The notes under the pieces: model-generated
The model's database searches: none
The model's input: the letters and a program-made list of their open reading frames with translations, nothing else
What the model was told of the DNA's origin: nothing
Position numbers and translations under genes: made by a program
Shown: positions 1-16,708 of the stretch, piece by piece
Position numbering within the stretch: the stretch's first letter is position 1
How the letters are laid out: every line of letters begins with the position of its first letter
From: Piromyces finnis finn
Lineage: Eukaryota > Fungi > Neocallimastigomycota
DNA: 64,000 bases
Direction of reading: 5' to 3'
Assembly: GCA_002104945.1 (NCBI GenBank)
Contig: MCFH01000044.1
Location: forward strand, 248,001 to 312,000

Positions 1-1306
1 TATATATTTTATTAGTATTGTGATAAATGAATTAACTTTACCAAATTTTAAAAACATGTCAATATGTCAATATGTCAATATATATAAGAAAAATTAAAGG
101 AATGTTAAAAGAATAGGTTATTACATTTACTAGACCAGCAATATTTTTAAGAATTTTTAAGCATTATCTTATTTTATGCGATCCATAGTAAAGATTACTA
201 CTAGTTAATAAATACTAAAAAATAAAAGAAAAATATTAATAAAAATAAAAGAATGTAATGTTTTTTATTGTTAAAAGGTAATTAAATTTTAAATTATTAT
301 TATAATATAATTATATTAATTTATAAATAAACTTTTTTTTCTTATAATTAAATACATTTATAAAATTATATATAATATTTTATATTTCATTTTCTCTCAT
401 AATATGAATATTATGAACATTTATGAATATAATTTAAATATACCTGCTTCTTCAATTTATTAATCTTCATTTTCCAATTAACTTTTTCCTCAAGCTCTAA
501 CGATTTGTTTTAAATCATTTTTCATTTATATTTAATTTAAAAATATATTAATAAATAAGGTTCATCATTCGTTATTATTTGTATATTTATCGGTTTTATA
601 ATTAGTATTGTTTTTTTTTATGTAATATTATATAATAATTTTTTTATTTTTATTTTTAATATTAAATAAATAAAATAAAAAAAATAAAAAATTAAAAAAA
701 AATAAAAAAATAAAAAAAAAAAGGATAAATATTCTTTTTGAATATTTAACAATCTAAATTAGATGAAAGAATAGAATATTGGATTATTTTATATAACCTA
801 TTTACATTAATATTTATTTTCATTAATATTAAAGCATAATAGGCCCGAGAAAAGAATTTTAAGAAAAATAAAGATTAAAAAAATTATACTTTATATTTAA
901 ATAAATACAATTTCGTATCAAATAATATAAATAATTAATCATTAATAATCATCATTGAAAGAAACAACTTCAAATATTTTGGATATTGTTATTCTCAAAG
1001 TCAAACAAAAGTTTCTATTATTCCATATTACATGATATTTGGATATAATATTTTTAAAATATATATATATATATATAAATCCAACAATTAAAGAATTTTA
1101 ACAATAAAAGATTCTAAATAACTCTTTGTTTATTCTCTATTGTTTTTAATTTAAAAAATATTTGCTGGCATATATAATAAAAACAATAATAAAAATAATA
1201 ATATCAAATTTTAAGAAATATAAAGTTGGAAAATTAAATTATAAATTAACAATTATATACATAGACATCTTAAAAATATATAAAGTAATAAAAAGTAGAT
1301 AAAAAA

Positions 1307-2992
1307 ATGAAAATATATTTAAAGAAAAAAATTATTGCAACTTTAGTATTAGGTATCGTATTATTCATTGGTTCCTTTTTATTAATTTTATCAATTGCTA
1401 ATAAAAATAAAAATTATGCTGTTGAAGAAACCATTGATGACATTTTAAATACAAACGATGAACATATGAATATGTTTAACAATGATGAAAACATTAATGT
1501 TGATTTTGACAGAACAAATCCAATAAATAATAAAGAAGATGCTAATATTGACAATGAAAATGTTAATTATTCAAATGAGATTCAATATGATGAAGAAGCA
1601 GAAGAAAGAGAATCTGAATTATATCTTTGTAATGAAAATCTAAAAATGTTAAAAGATAAACTTAATTCTACTATGAGAGAAAATACTAAGAAAGAAAATC
1701 TTATGGAAAACTTTGCATACAAATATTTAAGTACTGATATTGTATTTAATAATTTTGTTGATATAAGAAATCGTGCTGAACTTCATACCATGCTTTGGAG
1801 AAAAATTTATGGAGATGGTCCATATACATCTGCCACACCAGATATTAATGATGTTATTTTGAATCCTGGTAGTTTAACTGGAGATAAAAAACTTTTAGCT
1901 ATTCTTCATAAAAAATTATACCCATGGCTCTATGAAAAATTTAAATCACCTTCTAGTCTTTTAAGAAGTTTTAAGGGTAAAGGTATTGTCATTTGTACTG
2001 GTTCATATCATTTTAGATTTGCCAGAAGTACAGTAGATACATTAAGAAATGTTATTAAAACAAAACTTCCAATAGAAATTATGTATGTTGGTTTATCTGA
2101 TTTAAGTGAAGAACATAGAAAAGAATTGGAAAGTTATGAAAATGTTTTCTGTACTGACGTTACACAATTCTTTGACAACGATATTATTTTTATTAGTGGT
2201 TTCGCTGTTAAACCTTTTGCTGCTTTGGCTTCAAGATTTGAAGAAGTTATTTTAATTGATGCCGATGCAACTTATATTCACGATCCAGCCGAATGGTTTG
2301 AAGATGAAGAATATAAGAAAACAGGTGCACTTTTCTTCAAAGATAGAACATTATATCCAGGTCCACATGGAGGTTCTGAATGGATTCATGAATGGATGGT
2401 TGAACCAAGTGAATATGCAAAGAATTCACGTTTTTACAATGAACTCTCTGCTCATGAAATAGAATCATCAACTGTTGTTATAAATAAAAGCAAAAGATTA
2501 TTAGGTATGTTATTAACTTGTAAATTTAATGAGCAAAAAATTAGAGATCGTGTTGTCTACCAAAAAGTTTTTGGTGACAAGGAAACATACTGGATGGCAT
2601 TTGATATGGCGAAAGAACCATACTCTGTTATTCCTCATCCAATTATCTACATTGGTGAAATTAACTATGGAGAAGACATCGAAGATAAGAACCAAAAGCA
2701 ACTCTGTGGACATATTGGACATACTGACCGTAATGGTAGAATTATGTTCTGGAATGATCACATTATTAAAGATAAACATGAACCAAAATATAGTAATCAA
2801 CTTTTAAGATTTGAAGGATGGTTTTATGAAGATTTAGAAAATGTCGAATGGACTGATACTTTCCATTGTGCTAACATTAAAGATGACTTTCCAATTAATG
2901 AATTCACACAAGAAGAAAAAGATATTATTAAAAGTATTCTTGATAGAGAACTTGAGAAAAAGTTTGTTTTAAATGCTGGTACTTCTTATTAA
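1307..2992 (+). CDS. GT71 (MNN1/MNT-family) alpha-1,3-mannosyltransferase-like type II membrane protein, intronless, 561 aa
   Basis: N-terminal TM segment (IIATLVLGIVLFIGSFLLILSIA) and acidic stem, then family motifs GKGIVIC, LPIEIMY, KPFAALASRFEEVILIDAD (DxD), TGALFFKDR, EIESSTVVINK and GDKETYW. Confidence 0.9.
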   Translation: MKIYLKKKIIATLVLGIVLFIGSFLLILSIANKNKNYAVEETIDDILNTNDEHMNMFNNDENINVDFDRTNPINNKEDANIDNENVNYSNEIQYDEEAEERESELYLCNENLKMLKDKLNSTMRENTKKENLMENFAYKYLSTDIVFNNFVDIRNRAELHTMLWRKIYGDGPYTSATPDINDVILNPGSLTGDKKLLAILHKKLYPWLYEKFKSPSSLLRSFKGKGIVICTGSYHFRFARSTVDTLRNVIKTKLPIEIMYVGLSDLSEEHRKELESYENVFCTDVTQFFDNDIIFISGFAVKPFAALASRFEEVILIDADATYIHDPAEWFEDEEYKKTGALFFKDRTLYPGPHGGSEWIHEWMVEPSEYAKNSRFYNELSAHEIESSTVVINKSKRLLGMLLTCKFNEQKIRDRVVYQKVFGDKETYWMAFDMAKEPYSVIPHPIIYIGEINYGEDIEDKNQKQLCGHIGHTDRNGRIMFWNDHIIKDKHEPKYSNQLLRFEGWFYEDLENVEWTDTFHCANIKDDFPINEFTQEEKDIIKSILDRELEKKFVLNAGTSY

Positions 2993-4225
2993 AGAAATTA
3001 CAATTCCTATATACGACACAAATTTTATATTATGTTAGTACATCTAAAAAAAAAAAGTTCATTAATGAAAATCGTAAAAATTCAAAATATATAGATATAT
3101 AAATAGATTAATATAAATCAGTTATTGTTTAATATGTGTATATATATTAAGTATATATATTATAACTATACTATTTGTTTTATTTTCATTTATTTTTAAT
3201 GAAACTTTTATATAAATAAATCTTTCTTTTTAAAATTATTTACTCTATATTTCTCTATGTATTACAAAAATAAAATAAAGTATTACTAAAAAATTTTTTT
3301 AATAAATTCCTAAAATAAAAAATCATTACTTTAATAGAGGGTATATATATAATAATAATATGTGTTTTCCATTTTATGTTAAAAATGTTAAATCTATAAA
3401 TTAATTGAAAATTAAGCATTTCTTTAATGTAGGTATATGGTTTATCTATTTACTAAATTATTGATTGGATAAAGATTATAATACAAAAGGGAATTATTTG
3501 GATTTAATTCTAACCCTAATAATAATTAAAGATACTGTCACATTTTTTTATTCTGAATTTAAAAAATAATATTAATTATAAAGTTTGTATATCGTAAAGT
3601 GTTTTATTAATATAATTAAATTATAAAAAAAAGGATTTATTAAATTCACTTGTTAATGAAAATATTATAGAAGCATAATTATAATATATTAATGACAGAG
3701 GTAATACAACATTTATAAATTAAATTGATAATTTTATGTAGAATGTATTATTTTATGGTTATAAAAACTAAATGACAAATGAATTAAGACAATTTAATTA
3801 TACTAATAATTTAATATTTAATTCAATTAAAAGAGAAAATAAAGTAATAAAAGTAATGTTAAAATTAAAAACAGATAAAATAATGATAGAATTAATATAA
3901 GAAATTTTTATTAATAATAAAAGATAGGAACATAAAAATTGAATAATTAAATTAATTCAAATAAAGAAAATAACTAAAATAAAATCCTATTTTTTTTTCT
4001 TCTTTTTTTTCAATACGTCATTATTATTGAATAAGATAAGATTATAATTAAAATAATAAAAATAAAAACCTAAAAATTTAAATAATGATAAAATATGATT
4101 TACATTATAAAATTTAATTCAAAGCAAAAAAAATAAAAAAAAAATAATAATAATAGCTTTTATTTTTTTAATTTATTAAATATTTGTTGAAGTTTTTAAT
4201 AATAATAATAATAATAATAATAATA

Positions 4226-4268
<43 letters not shown>

Positions 4269-4564
4269 TTATATGATTTTTATAATATTGATAGTGTTTT
4301 GTTTGGTTTAATAGATATTAATATTTCAAATTCATAACATTTAAATTTATATTAATTTTATTATTATAATTATTATTACTATTATTATTATAAATATCAC
4401 GAATACTCATTAATAATGATTCAAAATAAATTTAGGTGCTAAAGTTTAATTTATTATTATATATATAATGAATAATATTTGAATAATAAAACTTGAATAA
4501 GATAACTTATTTAATTATTGCAAATTTTAAAGAACACTAAAAAAAATTGTAAAAAGAAAAGAAA

Positions 4565-7584
<3,020 letters not shown>

Positions 7585-8356
7585 AAATAATCTATTTATA
7601 TTTTTGTATATCATTTAAAAATGATCAATAAACTAAATATATACATATATAATAATAATTAAAATAATAATTAAAATAATAAAAATGATAGTAATAAAAA
7701 ATAGAAAATAAGTTTATATTGAATATTTCATAAATCGTTGTTTTTCTTAAACATTTATAAAAAATAAAGTATATATATACCTAATTTTTTATTAATACAT
7801 TGTTTAAATATTAATAATAATATATTTAAATTAATGAATATGTTTTATATTTATATATTATAATACACGTAAATATTATGCCATTACTAATATTTTACTC
7901 ACTTGTCTTATTATTTTGCCTTTTACATAACCAATGGAATTACCGTTCCACTCATTCTCTTTACCTTTTTATTTTTGCCTTTCTTTATTTTTAGGATAAA
8001 ATTATCACTATATTTTTGCTAATTTTAATTAAAAGTCAAATTTAATTTTTAATTTAAATAATTATATTTCACGAATATATACTTTAGTATATAAGTATGT
8101 ATATAATGAAAAATAAAAATAACCTTAATAATTTTTATTAATATCAAATTAAGTACGATGGAAAAGATATTATAAAAAATAAAAATGATTCGTAATTTAT
8201 TTGGTAAATTTTTATTTTAATTTTCTTTTTTCTTTCTTTCTTTTTTTTTTTTTTTTTTTTTTTTGTTTCTAAATAATTATAATGATTATCCTTTCTTATT
8301 AACCCTATGATTTTAAATTTATTTATTTATTTATTAAATAACAATTAAATATAAAA

Positions 8357-9500
8357 AGCATTTGTCCACAAGAATGCTCTCTTATTGAAAATTTGACTCT
8401 GGAACAAAATATTAAAATATTTTCCAGTTTAAAATAATTTAAAATAAATAGTGATGATTGTCTAAAAAATGTTGGATTATTAAAAAAGAAAAAAGACCCC
8501 GCAAGGATTTTAAGTGGTAGACAAAAAATAATTATCAATTGCAATTTCATTTTTAGGAAATCCAAAATTTGTATTCTTGTATGAACCAACAACCGGTTAG
8601 ACCCACTTTCTAGAAGAAATATGTGGAATTATTTTAAATAACGTAAAGAAGGAAAAGTTATTTTTTTAACTACTCACTACATGAATGAAGCTGACGTTTT
8701 AACGGATCGTAAACTAATTTTACATAAAGGTGTCATCCGTTGTCTCGGTTCCAGTATGTATTTAAAAAAGCATTTCAATGTCATGTATAATCTTATCATT
8801 GAAAATCAAAGTTACCCAAAAATTTTATCCATTATAAAAAAAATATATTCCGAAAATAATGGAACAAAAAAATAAATATAAAAAAAATAATAATATTTAT
8901 TTGGTTAAATTACCAAATTCCTCCAACTCAAAATACTCTATTTACTTAACGAATTAGAAAATCAAGTAAAAAATTATAATGTTATATTGTTATACAAAAT
9001 TTTTCAATTTCCTTTCCATCCTTAGAAGAATTATTTATTCGTTTAGAATTACAAAAACCAAATTCCGATAATCTTAACACTCAAATTAAAAATAATTCTG
9101 TAGAATCGAACGACTCCGTTGTTTTAATTACATTAAATGTTAATTTCCCATTTTGCAACGAAACGTAAATTATGCATTTCATTAGCTATTTGCGCTTCAC
9201 CAAATCAGATTATCTTAGATGAACCCACACAGCTGGTATTGACCCAGCTACTCGTTTATTCGTATGGAAAATGATTAAAGAAATGAAAGAAAATAATAAA
9301 TCTGACATCATTTTAATTACACATTCAATGGAAGAGGCACAAGAATTATGTGATAGTTTAAGCATTTTAATTATAATATTTAAAAATAAAATATGCCAAT
9401 TGTTATATTGTTGAATTTCAAAGTAATCAACAAGAAATTGTACAAGAGTTACTTTTTGGATCTAAAAGTTACTTTTCCCTAAATAATTATAAATTCGAAT
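8357..9500 (+). pseudogene. Degraded ABCA-subfamily ABC transporter
   Basis: ICPQECSLIENLT..., in-frame TAA at 8435, signature LSGRQ (for LSGGQ, about 8510), frameshifts, Walker B FLYEPTTG (D to Y), DPLSRR, FLTTHYMNEAD and IRCLGSSMYLKKHF. A second NBD remnant from about 9182 reads IILDEPT/AGIDPATR...ITHSMEEAQELCD. Confidence 0.85.
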
Positions 9501-10294
9501 ATGTTTAATGATCTGGATGAACTTCTATCATTCATCACCGATATATATATTATACCAAAGGAATTATTAGTGCGTGTGAACACATTCAACCAGTTTATAT
9601 ATAGTGTTCTAATGGATACTTTTTATATCCGCCATACAGTCATTTTCAGCGTCAATGTGTTGTCCCTCATATATAATATATTTTGCTTGTCATTGTCTTA
9701 AATTTTCAACAATATTACTTGTATATCAAGTGCTAATCATATTAGTACATTAAGAAAGTGAAAGAATACTTCCTAGTAAATTTTAGTGTAAACTAAATAT
9801 ATTTTTTATTTTTAATATTAAAATTTTTACTTTTTAAAGTTTTTGATTAAAAATCTGTATTGAATAATAAAAAAAAAAAATTGTTATAAAATTTACAATA
9901 TACATAAATATATTTTGAACTCTTCTATAAGAAAAAAAAGGAATAAAATCAAAAATATATTTAAATAATTTTTTTTTTTAATTTTATTTTTATTTTATTA
10001 TTTTTTTAACTTTTTTTAATTATTTTTTTATTATGCATTAATTTTTTTTTATTATTTATTTATTATCAATTATATAATTAAAAATGAAATTTATATAAAA
10101 AAAAAGAAAAAAAAATAATATTTATAAAAAATTATTTTTTTTATAATTTAATGCTAAATATTATAAGGGGTGTTTATGCTTTTTTCCTTCTGAAAAATAA
10201 CGATTTTTTATGAAATATATTTGAATAAAAATGGATTTTCTGATATTCACTCAGCTATTTTTAATGGTTATTATTATTATTCTATATCATTAAT

Positions 10295-12521
10295 TTAATG
10301 TGATTGAGCAATAAGCTTAGCATTAGCAATGACCTTTAAAATGTCCTTAAGGTTGTTCTTCCATTCATCAATTCTGGTATCTAATTTCTTCCATTCATTT
10401 TCAGTAAATTGTCTTGGAGTAGCACGGCTAATTAAAAACAATAATATATATAATAAATACATTAAATTCCATAATATATATATTAAATACAATTATATAT
10501 TATTACTAACTTGACAATAATAGTTTTATCTAATTGGTTCATCTTAGCATCAATAAGACCAGCTCTAATAACTATTATAAATTTAAAATCAATATTTTTA
10601 TAAAATTAATCATAAAAATCAAACTTATTTTTTTATTTCATATATCTAATTTTAAATTAACATTAATTTATGAAACTAAATTAAAAGTTACCATCTAATA
10701 TCCATAATTCAACTTCTTCTTCTGGAATATTTAAAGCTTCTTGAACTGCACTGTAACTGACTCTTCCTGGAATTTCATTTCCAACAACACTAACTAAAGT
10801 TAACATACGAATCTTCTTACTGCATTCATCACCATCTAAGGCTATTATTTAAAAATAAATTAATAAATGATGAGTTTAATATTTTTGATAATTAAAAATA
10901 TATCTTCTTATTCAAATCCAATGAACAATATAAATATTTAATCTTTAAAATTATAAATATTAAATACATTATTTATACATACAAAGTTCACTTAAGATGT
11001 TGTTGTGGCTAGAAACAAAGCTTTGATATTCATTGATATCACCTGATAAGAATACTTTAGCAAGTTCAAAAGATGGTTCAGAGCTAAGATTTTGGATAGC
11101 ATTTAATTTTAATAATTCTTCAAAGTTAAAGATATTTTCATTGTTAATAGCATCCTTTATAGCTTCACGTGCATTATCCTTTGATGAATTTAAAGTATTA
11201 GCATCAGCATTTTCAAAAGTAAGGAGATATTTGAATAAACATTCATAAGCTTCCATTCTATTAATGTTTTAATCATTACAGATTTTCATGATATATTAGT
11301 GCAAATTAGCAAAAATTTTATTTAATTGATTGTTATTATCATTATCATTATTATAAAAATATAATTTAATTAATAAATATTTATAATTATTTATATATTA
11401 TTATAAAATTTTTTATTATTAATGCATTCTCATAAAAAGGACTAATTATAATAAATTATACACTTACGGATGGCCAGATTCATTTAATAAGTTTCTTAAA
11501 GTTAAGAATAATTCTCTCTTTTGTTCAACAGTAGCATTCCAGTTTTTTAACCATAAATCTAAGTGAACTAAGTGATTTAAGATAATATCCATGTAGTCAT
11601 TCTTAGCAGAATATTTGACGATGGCAAGATAAACATCGTATCTTAAAGAATCATTAATTTCAAGATTGGAGTAAATGTTCTTTAAGCTTTAAAAAAAAAG
11701 GTGTACAATTAATAACTATTAAAGTATTTTTATTATGAAATTAACATATGTTTCTATCTATACTATTATTACATCTTCATTTTTCTAGATGGTTTTCCAT
11801 TTTGACTTTCACTAACAATGTTAGCTAATCTGATAAGTAAATCTTTTAAGTTTGATTTGACGCAAATAGCTATTTCTAAGTTGAAAATTGATTCTAAATC
11901 TATATTTCATAAATTTCGTATTGTATTAGAATTAATGAAAAAAATTCAATAATTTTCATATATTTTATTCAATTATGTTTATATTTTTGAATATTAACCT
12001 CTTTCACTCTTGATCTTGCTGAGAATAAGATCAGTTTCTTCAACAATCTTGGAAAAAGCATCAGCAACCTTGTCATTTTCTAATAAGTCAAGTAATTCAC
12101 TGTAGTATGGAGCATTACCTTCTTCTTCATCTTTTAAGGAACTGATTAAGTTAACTAACTTTAAAGACTATTTACATTTTTCATTTCAATTGATATTTTA
12201 TTTAAATCAACAATTTGTTTTGAAGAAGTTGAATTTTTATTTTATTTATACATGATTTATTTGAGTATTTTTATAATAAAAAAATATTGTAATTATTTTT
12301 TGTTTAAATTTATAATTTAATGTGAAATGGTAATTGAAAATATTAGTTATTTGTTATTTGACATACAAAATAAAATTTTTATTATTATTTAATGAAAAAA
12401 ATAATATAAAATAAAAATTAGTTCCTGATTTTAAATCTACTTTAATTTATAAATATAATATATATATTACTTCAGTTTTAATGTTTTCTTGTGGGAGAAT
12501 GTATCTTGATGAAGCTAACAT
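10295..12521 (-). CDS. EIF3M: Translation initiation factor 3 subunit M (PCI domain), multi-exon
   Basis: Minus-strand exons give MLASSRYILPQ..., IYSNLEINDSLRYDVYLAIVKY, IFNFEELLKLNAIQNL, KKIRMLTLVSV, EEVELWILD, VIRAGLIDAKMNQLDKTIIV and QFTENEWKKLDTRIDEWKNNL. The start exon is less certain than the body. Confidence 0.88.
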
Positions 12522-13623
12522 TTTAAATTTATTTTATTATTTAAGGTATTATAAATAATAATTTAACTATAAAATGTTCACAATTTAACAATGATGAAAA
12601 AAATGATAATAATAATAATAATATATAACAAAAAAAATATTATTAATTTTTATTAATTTATTGAATGTGTGATATAAAATATTAGACTTAAAATTAATTT
12701 CATATACTAGTAATATCTTATTGTTATCCTTAATATATTCTATAAATTCTTTTGAATATTATTCTTGAAAAAAAAAAATAAAAATTTTAACATAAAATAT
12801 TTGAAATTATATAATGTTAATGCGTTCTTCTATAAAATGTATTATAATTATTGATAATAATTTAATTCTCATTTATTATTGTTACTACTATTCCGTTGAT
12901 ATTTAATTAAAACATTTATATTAAGTATAATTCATATTAAGCATATGTATGTGGCAATTTACCAATGTTTTTGATGAAATCAAATTTGTGTTGATTTTTT
13001 TTTTTTATGTATATATTGGTATTATTATATTGTAATATATTGAATTAAATAGATTTACCTTACTATATATATATTTATTAATTTTTATTAATAAAAAATA
13101 AATATATAAATACTAATTTTTATAAAATAATTGCAAAATTGTTAATATTATTTTTTTTATTTTTTTATAAAAAATAAAAAATATAAGTATTATTATCCAA
13201 TAAAATTCGCTAAAATCCCAAGCCTTCATTTGATAGTATTTAAGTATAATACCCAATAAAATTTAAAATATTTATTATGATGATATATTATAATATTATA
13301 ATAATAAAGGTTACATTAATTAATCACATAATACATTTTAAAATGTATCTACATTATATAAATAAATAATTTTTAATAATATTTTTTATTAAATAATGAA
13401 GCTAATGAATTTGTTTTTATACATTGAAAACCATGAATATTATTATTTTCAAAAACATTATTCTTTCAATTAATTTGTTTTTATATTTTCAAATCAATTG
13501 CATATATATAAAAATTTGTTTATAGTTTTTCTTATTTTATTTTTATTATTATAATTACAGACAATTTTCATAAATATTTAACAATTCTTTTATGTGCTTT
13601 TTTTTGTTTTTTCTTTTTTGTTA

Positions 13624-13803
<180 letters not shown>

Positions 13804-14060
13804 AATAAATAAAAAATATTAACATTAAAAATAAATTGAAAGATGAAATATAAAATAAAATAGTTATTTCTATCATGCTTATTATTCCTTTTTCAGTTAT
13901 TAATTACAGTCAGTATATCATTTCCTTATTACGGTTTAAAATTGATGTTTAAAATTGATATATTTATTAATAATGAAAAAATAATATAAAAATATATAAA
14001 AAATGAAAAAAAATTATTTCTTAAATATATATTTGACTTCGTCAATATCATCTTCTATAT

Positions 14061-16708
14061 TTAATCTGACCATTCAGAAGAGTCTGAATCTGATTCATCA
14101 GAATCTGAGTCACTTTCATCAGCTATTTAATACAAATATACATATATTAAAAAAAATAATTAAATTAGATATAATAAAAATAAGATAAAAAATATGCAAA
14201 AAAAAAATCAATTTTATGAACTTACAATCACTTCCGAAAGCATCATTACGTAATGAAAGTGCTTGAGCTAATGCAGCAGCTAAATCATTAGTCTTATCAT
14301 TTTCTGCAATAGTTGGCTTTACACTACTAGTATCTCTAATCTCAGATTTATCAACATGTTTAAGGGAACCAATACCTGCATTTCTAATACTAGCTAGTAA
14401 ATCATTAGACATACCAATTTGTGGTCCTGATGAAGAAGATCCAACTGGAAGAGAAGGTTTTGGTCCAGCTGATGATCCTGCAGTAATTAAACCACTTGCA
14501 TCTCTCTTTTGAGATTCATCTATATGCTTGAGTGATGAGATACCACCAGCATTTCTAATACTAGCTAAAAGATCACTCTTGGCATTACCAGTTGATGGAA
14601 CTGGTGGTGGTGGAGGTGCTGGAATTGAAGCTGGAATTGAACCAATTGGTGGTGGTGGTGGTGGTGCTGGAATTGAAGAAGTAGCTGGTATTGGTCTATC
14701 TGGTGGTGGTGGTGGTGGTGGAATTGAGGAAGTAACTGGTGGTCTAACTGGTGGTGGTGGTGGTGGTGGAATTGAAGAAGTAACTGGTGGTTTAACTAGT
14801 GGTGGTGGTGGTGGTGGTGCTGGAATTGAAGAAGTAGCTGGTATTGGTCTAACTGGTGGTGGTGGTGGTGGTGCTGGAATTGAAGAAGCAGCTGGTATTG
14901 ATCTAACTGGTGGTGGTGGTACTGGAATTGAGGAAGTAACAGGTTTTGGTCTGTTTGGTGGTGGTGGTGCTGGAATTGAAGATGCTTGTTTTACAGGTTT
15001 TCTTGTTGGTGGTGGTGGTGGTGCCTTCTTATTTCTTCTATTAGGTGGTGGTGGTGGTGGTGCTTTTCTAACTTGATTTGATTTCTTTTGTGGTGGTGGT
15101 GGTGGTGGTGGTCTCTTTTTTGGAGGTGGTGGTGGTGGTGGTCTTTTTTCTACATAATAGAATATTTGGTTGTTTATAATAATACATGAAAAAAATAGTT
15201 ATTAATTTAATAAATAAAATAAAATATATGTTTTTAATAATTGTTTAGCATTAATAAGTTTTAACTATATATATTCTGTAAATTGCGTATTATTAAATAA
15301 CTATAACAATAGATTTAAGCTCAGAAATTTACCTTTCATTTTTGGAACTACTGGTATATCTAAAGATTTTGAATTTATCAATGAATCATGTTTTTTAATA
15401 AATTTATTAACAATCTTTCTGTTTTTATCATCCTCTAATATTTCTGGAGTTATACCAGCCTGTTTGAAAATTTCTTGCCATTCTGGACTAGCATTTTGTG
15501 TAACAAAACCTTTTTCTGGGTCAAAACCAACATAAACTTTATGACTATGAAATTTTTAATTAAAAAGATTTTAAAATTATAAATTTTATTTAATAAGATG
15601 ATAAAGATAAAGATTATAATTTTTATAAATATTTACACAAAATCAGTCGGTTTTCCTATTAAGCTCTTATCTATACCACCTTTCTTTCCTTTCTTGGATT
15701 TTGATTTAGACTTTGATTTACTACCTATACCAAAAAGACCTTTTTTACTCTTTTTTTCCTTCTTGTCTATAATTGAATTATTGTATATATTTATAATAAT
15801 AATAAACTTAATAAATATTTTTAAAACTATTTATTAATTATATATTTTTCGTTTTAAAATTTACGCTTCTTTTTTTTTTCATCCTTAGTTGAATCAATTT
15901 TAATTGTTGTAGTTACTGGTGATGCAGTTGGTAATTTAGGTGAACCAATTCTACTTGAAACTGGAGAAACTTTAACGTTAATGTTACGGTTTACAACACA
16001 ATTATAAAAAACATGACCTTCATGTTCATTGGTAAATGAAAATCCAGCCATACATTTCTTTTATTAAAATAATAAATAATAATGAGTTTTGTTAATTTCG
16101 CAAAGATTATTTTAATATTATATACTCTCTAAAGATTAAAAAAAAATTACAATGGTCATAGTATTAAATGGGAAAACATGTAAATATTCTTCATTTTGTT
16201 TATATGGCATATTTGTATCAATTTCATAATCCCATATTATTTCTTTCTTTTCCTAAAATCATTTTTATTTTTTATATTCAATTAAATTAAAATAAATTAT
16301 AAAAATATTATAAATTATTACTAATAAATTTATCTATATAATTACAAAAAAAAAGTCTTTATTTATTTATTTAATTGTTAAAAAAAAAAAAAACTTACAG
16401 GATCGACAATTTTAAAAGAAAAATCATTTGCTTTTTTAACAAGTGAAACTACACCAATAATTTTAGAATAGGACCATGTATTTGGATCCGGGAAAGCTAA
16501 ATAAAGCTTAACTACTGCTTGACTTATAATCTATTAAATATTATATAATAGCAACAACGATTATTAAGATAGTATTTTTATATTTTACAATATATAAGTT
16601 ATCTAATATTTTTAATAAATTTATATGTTAAAATTAATTTTAATTCACCTCATAGTTCTTTAAAATTGATTCAACACTATTTTTCTCGGATAACGATAAT
16701 AAATCCAT
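14061..16708 (-). CDS. WASP: WASP-family Arp2/3 activator (WH1 - basic - CRIB - proline-rich - 2x WH2 - central - acidic), multi-exon
   Basis: WH1 (QAVVKLYLAFPDPNTWSYS, CMAGFSFTNEHEG..FY), Lys-rich basic stretch, CRIB (IDKSLIGKPTDFV/HKVYVGFDPEKGF), polyproline, two WH2 motifs (SDLLASIRNAG..SLKH), central helix DLAAALAQALSLR and acidic tail DESDSDSDESDSDSSEWSD*. Confidence 0.92.
14590..15140 (-). repeat. Internal coding tandem repeats of the WASP proline-rich region (about 18-20 aa units, P[V/A]TSSIP[A]PPPPPP)
   Basis: Repeated ggtggtggtggt...ggaattga(a/g)gaagta units on the + strand. The Gly-rich + strand ORF at 14528-15076 is only their antisense. Confidence 0.9.

Noticed and set aside
120-530. 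Possible minus-strand exon fragments (KSLELEEKVNWKMKINKLKKQ followed by GT)
   Set aside because: No clean start or continuous frame and no recognisable family. It may be a remnant or a gene extending off the left edge, but I cannot support it.
7895-8000. Exon-like minus-strand stretch (GKENEWNGNSIGYVKGKIIRQ followed by GTGAGT)
   Set aside because: Upstream in-frame stop, no partner exons and no recognisable homology.
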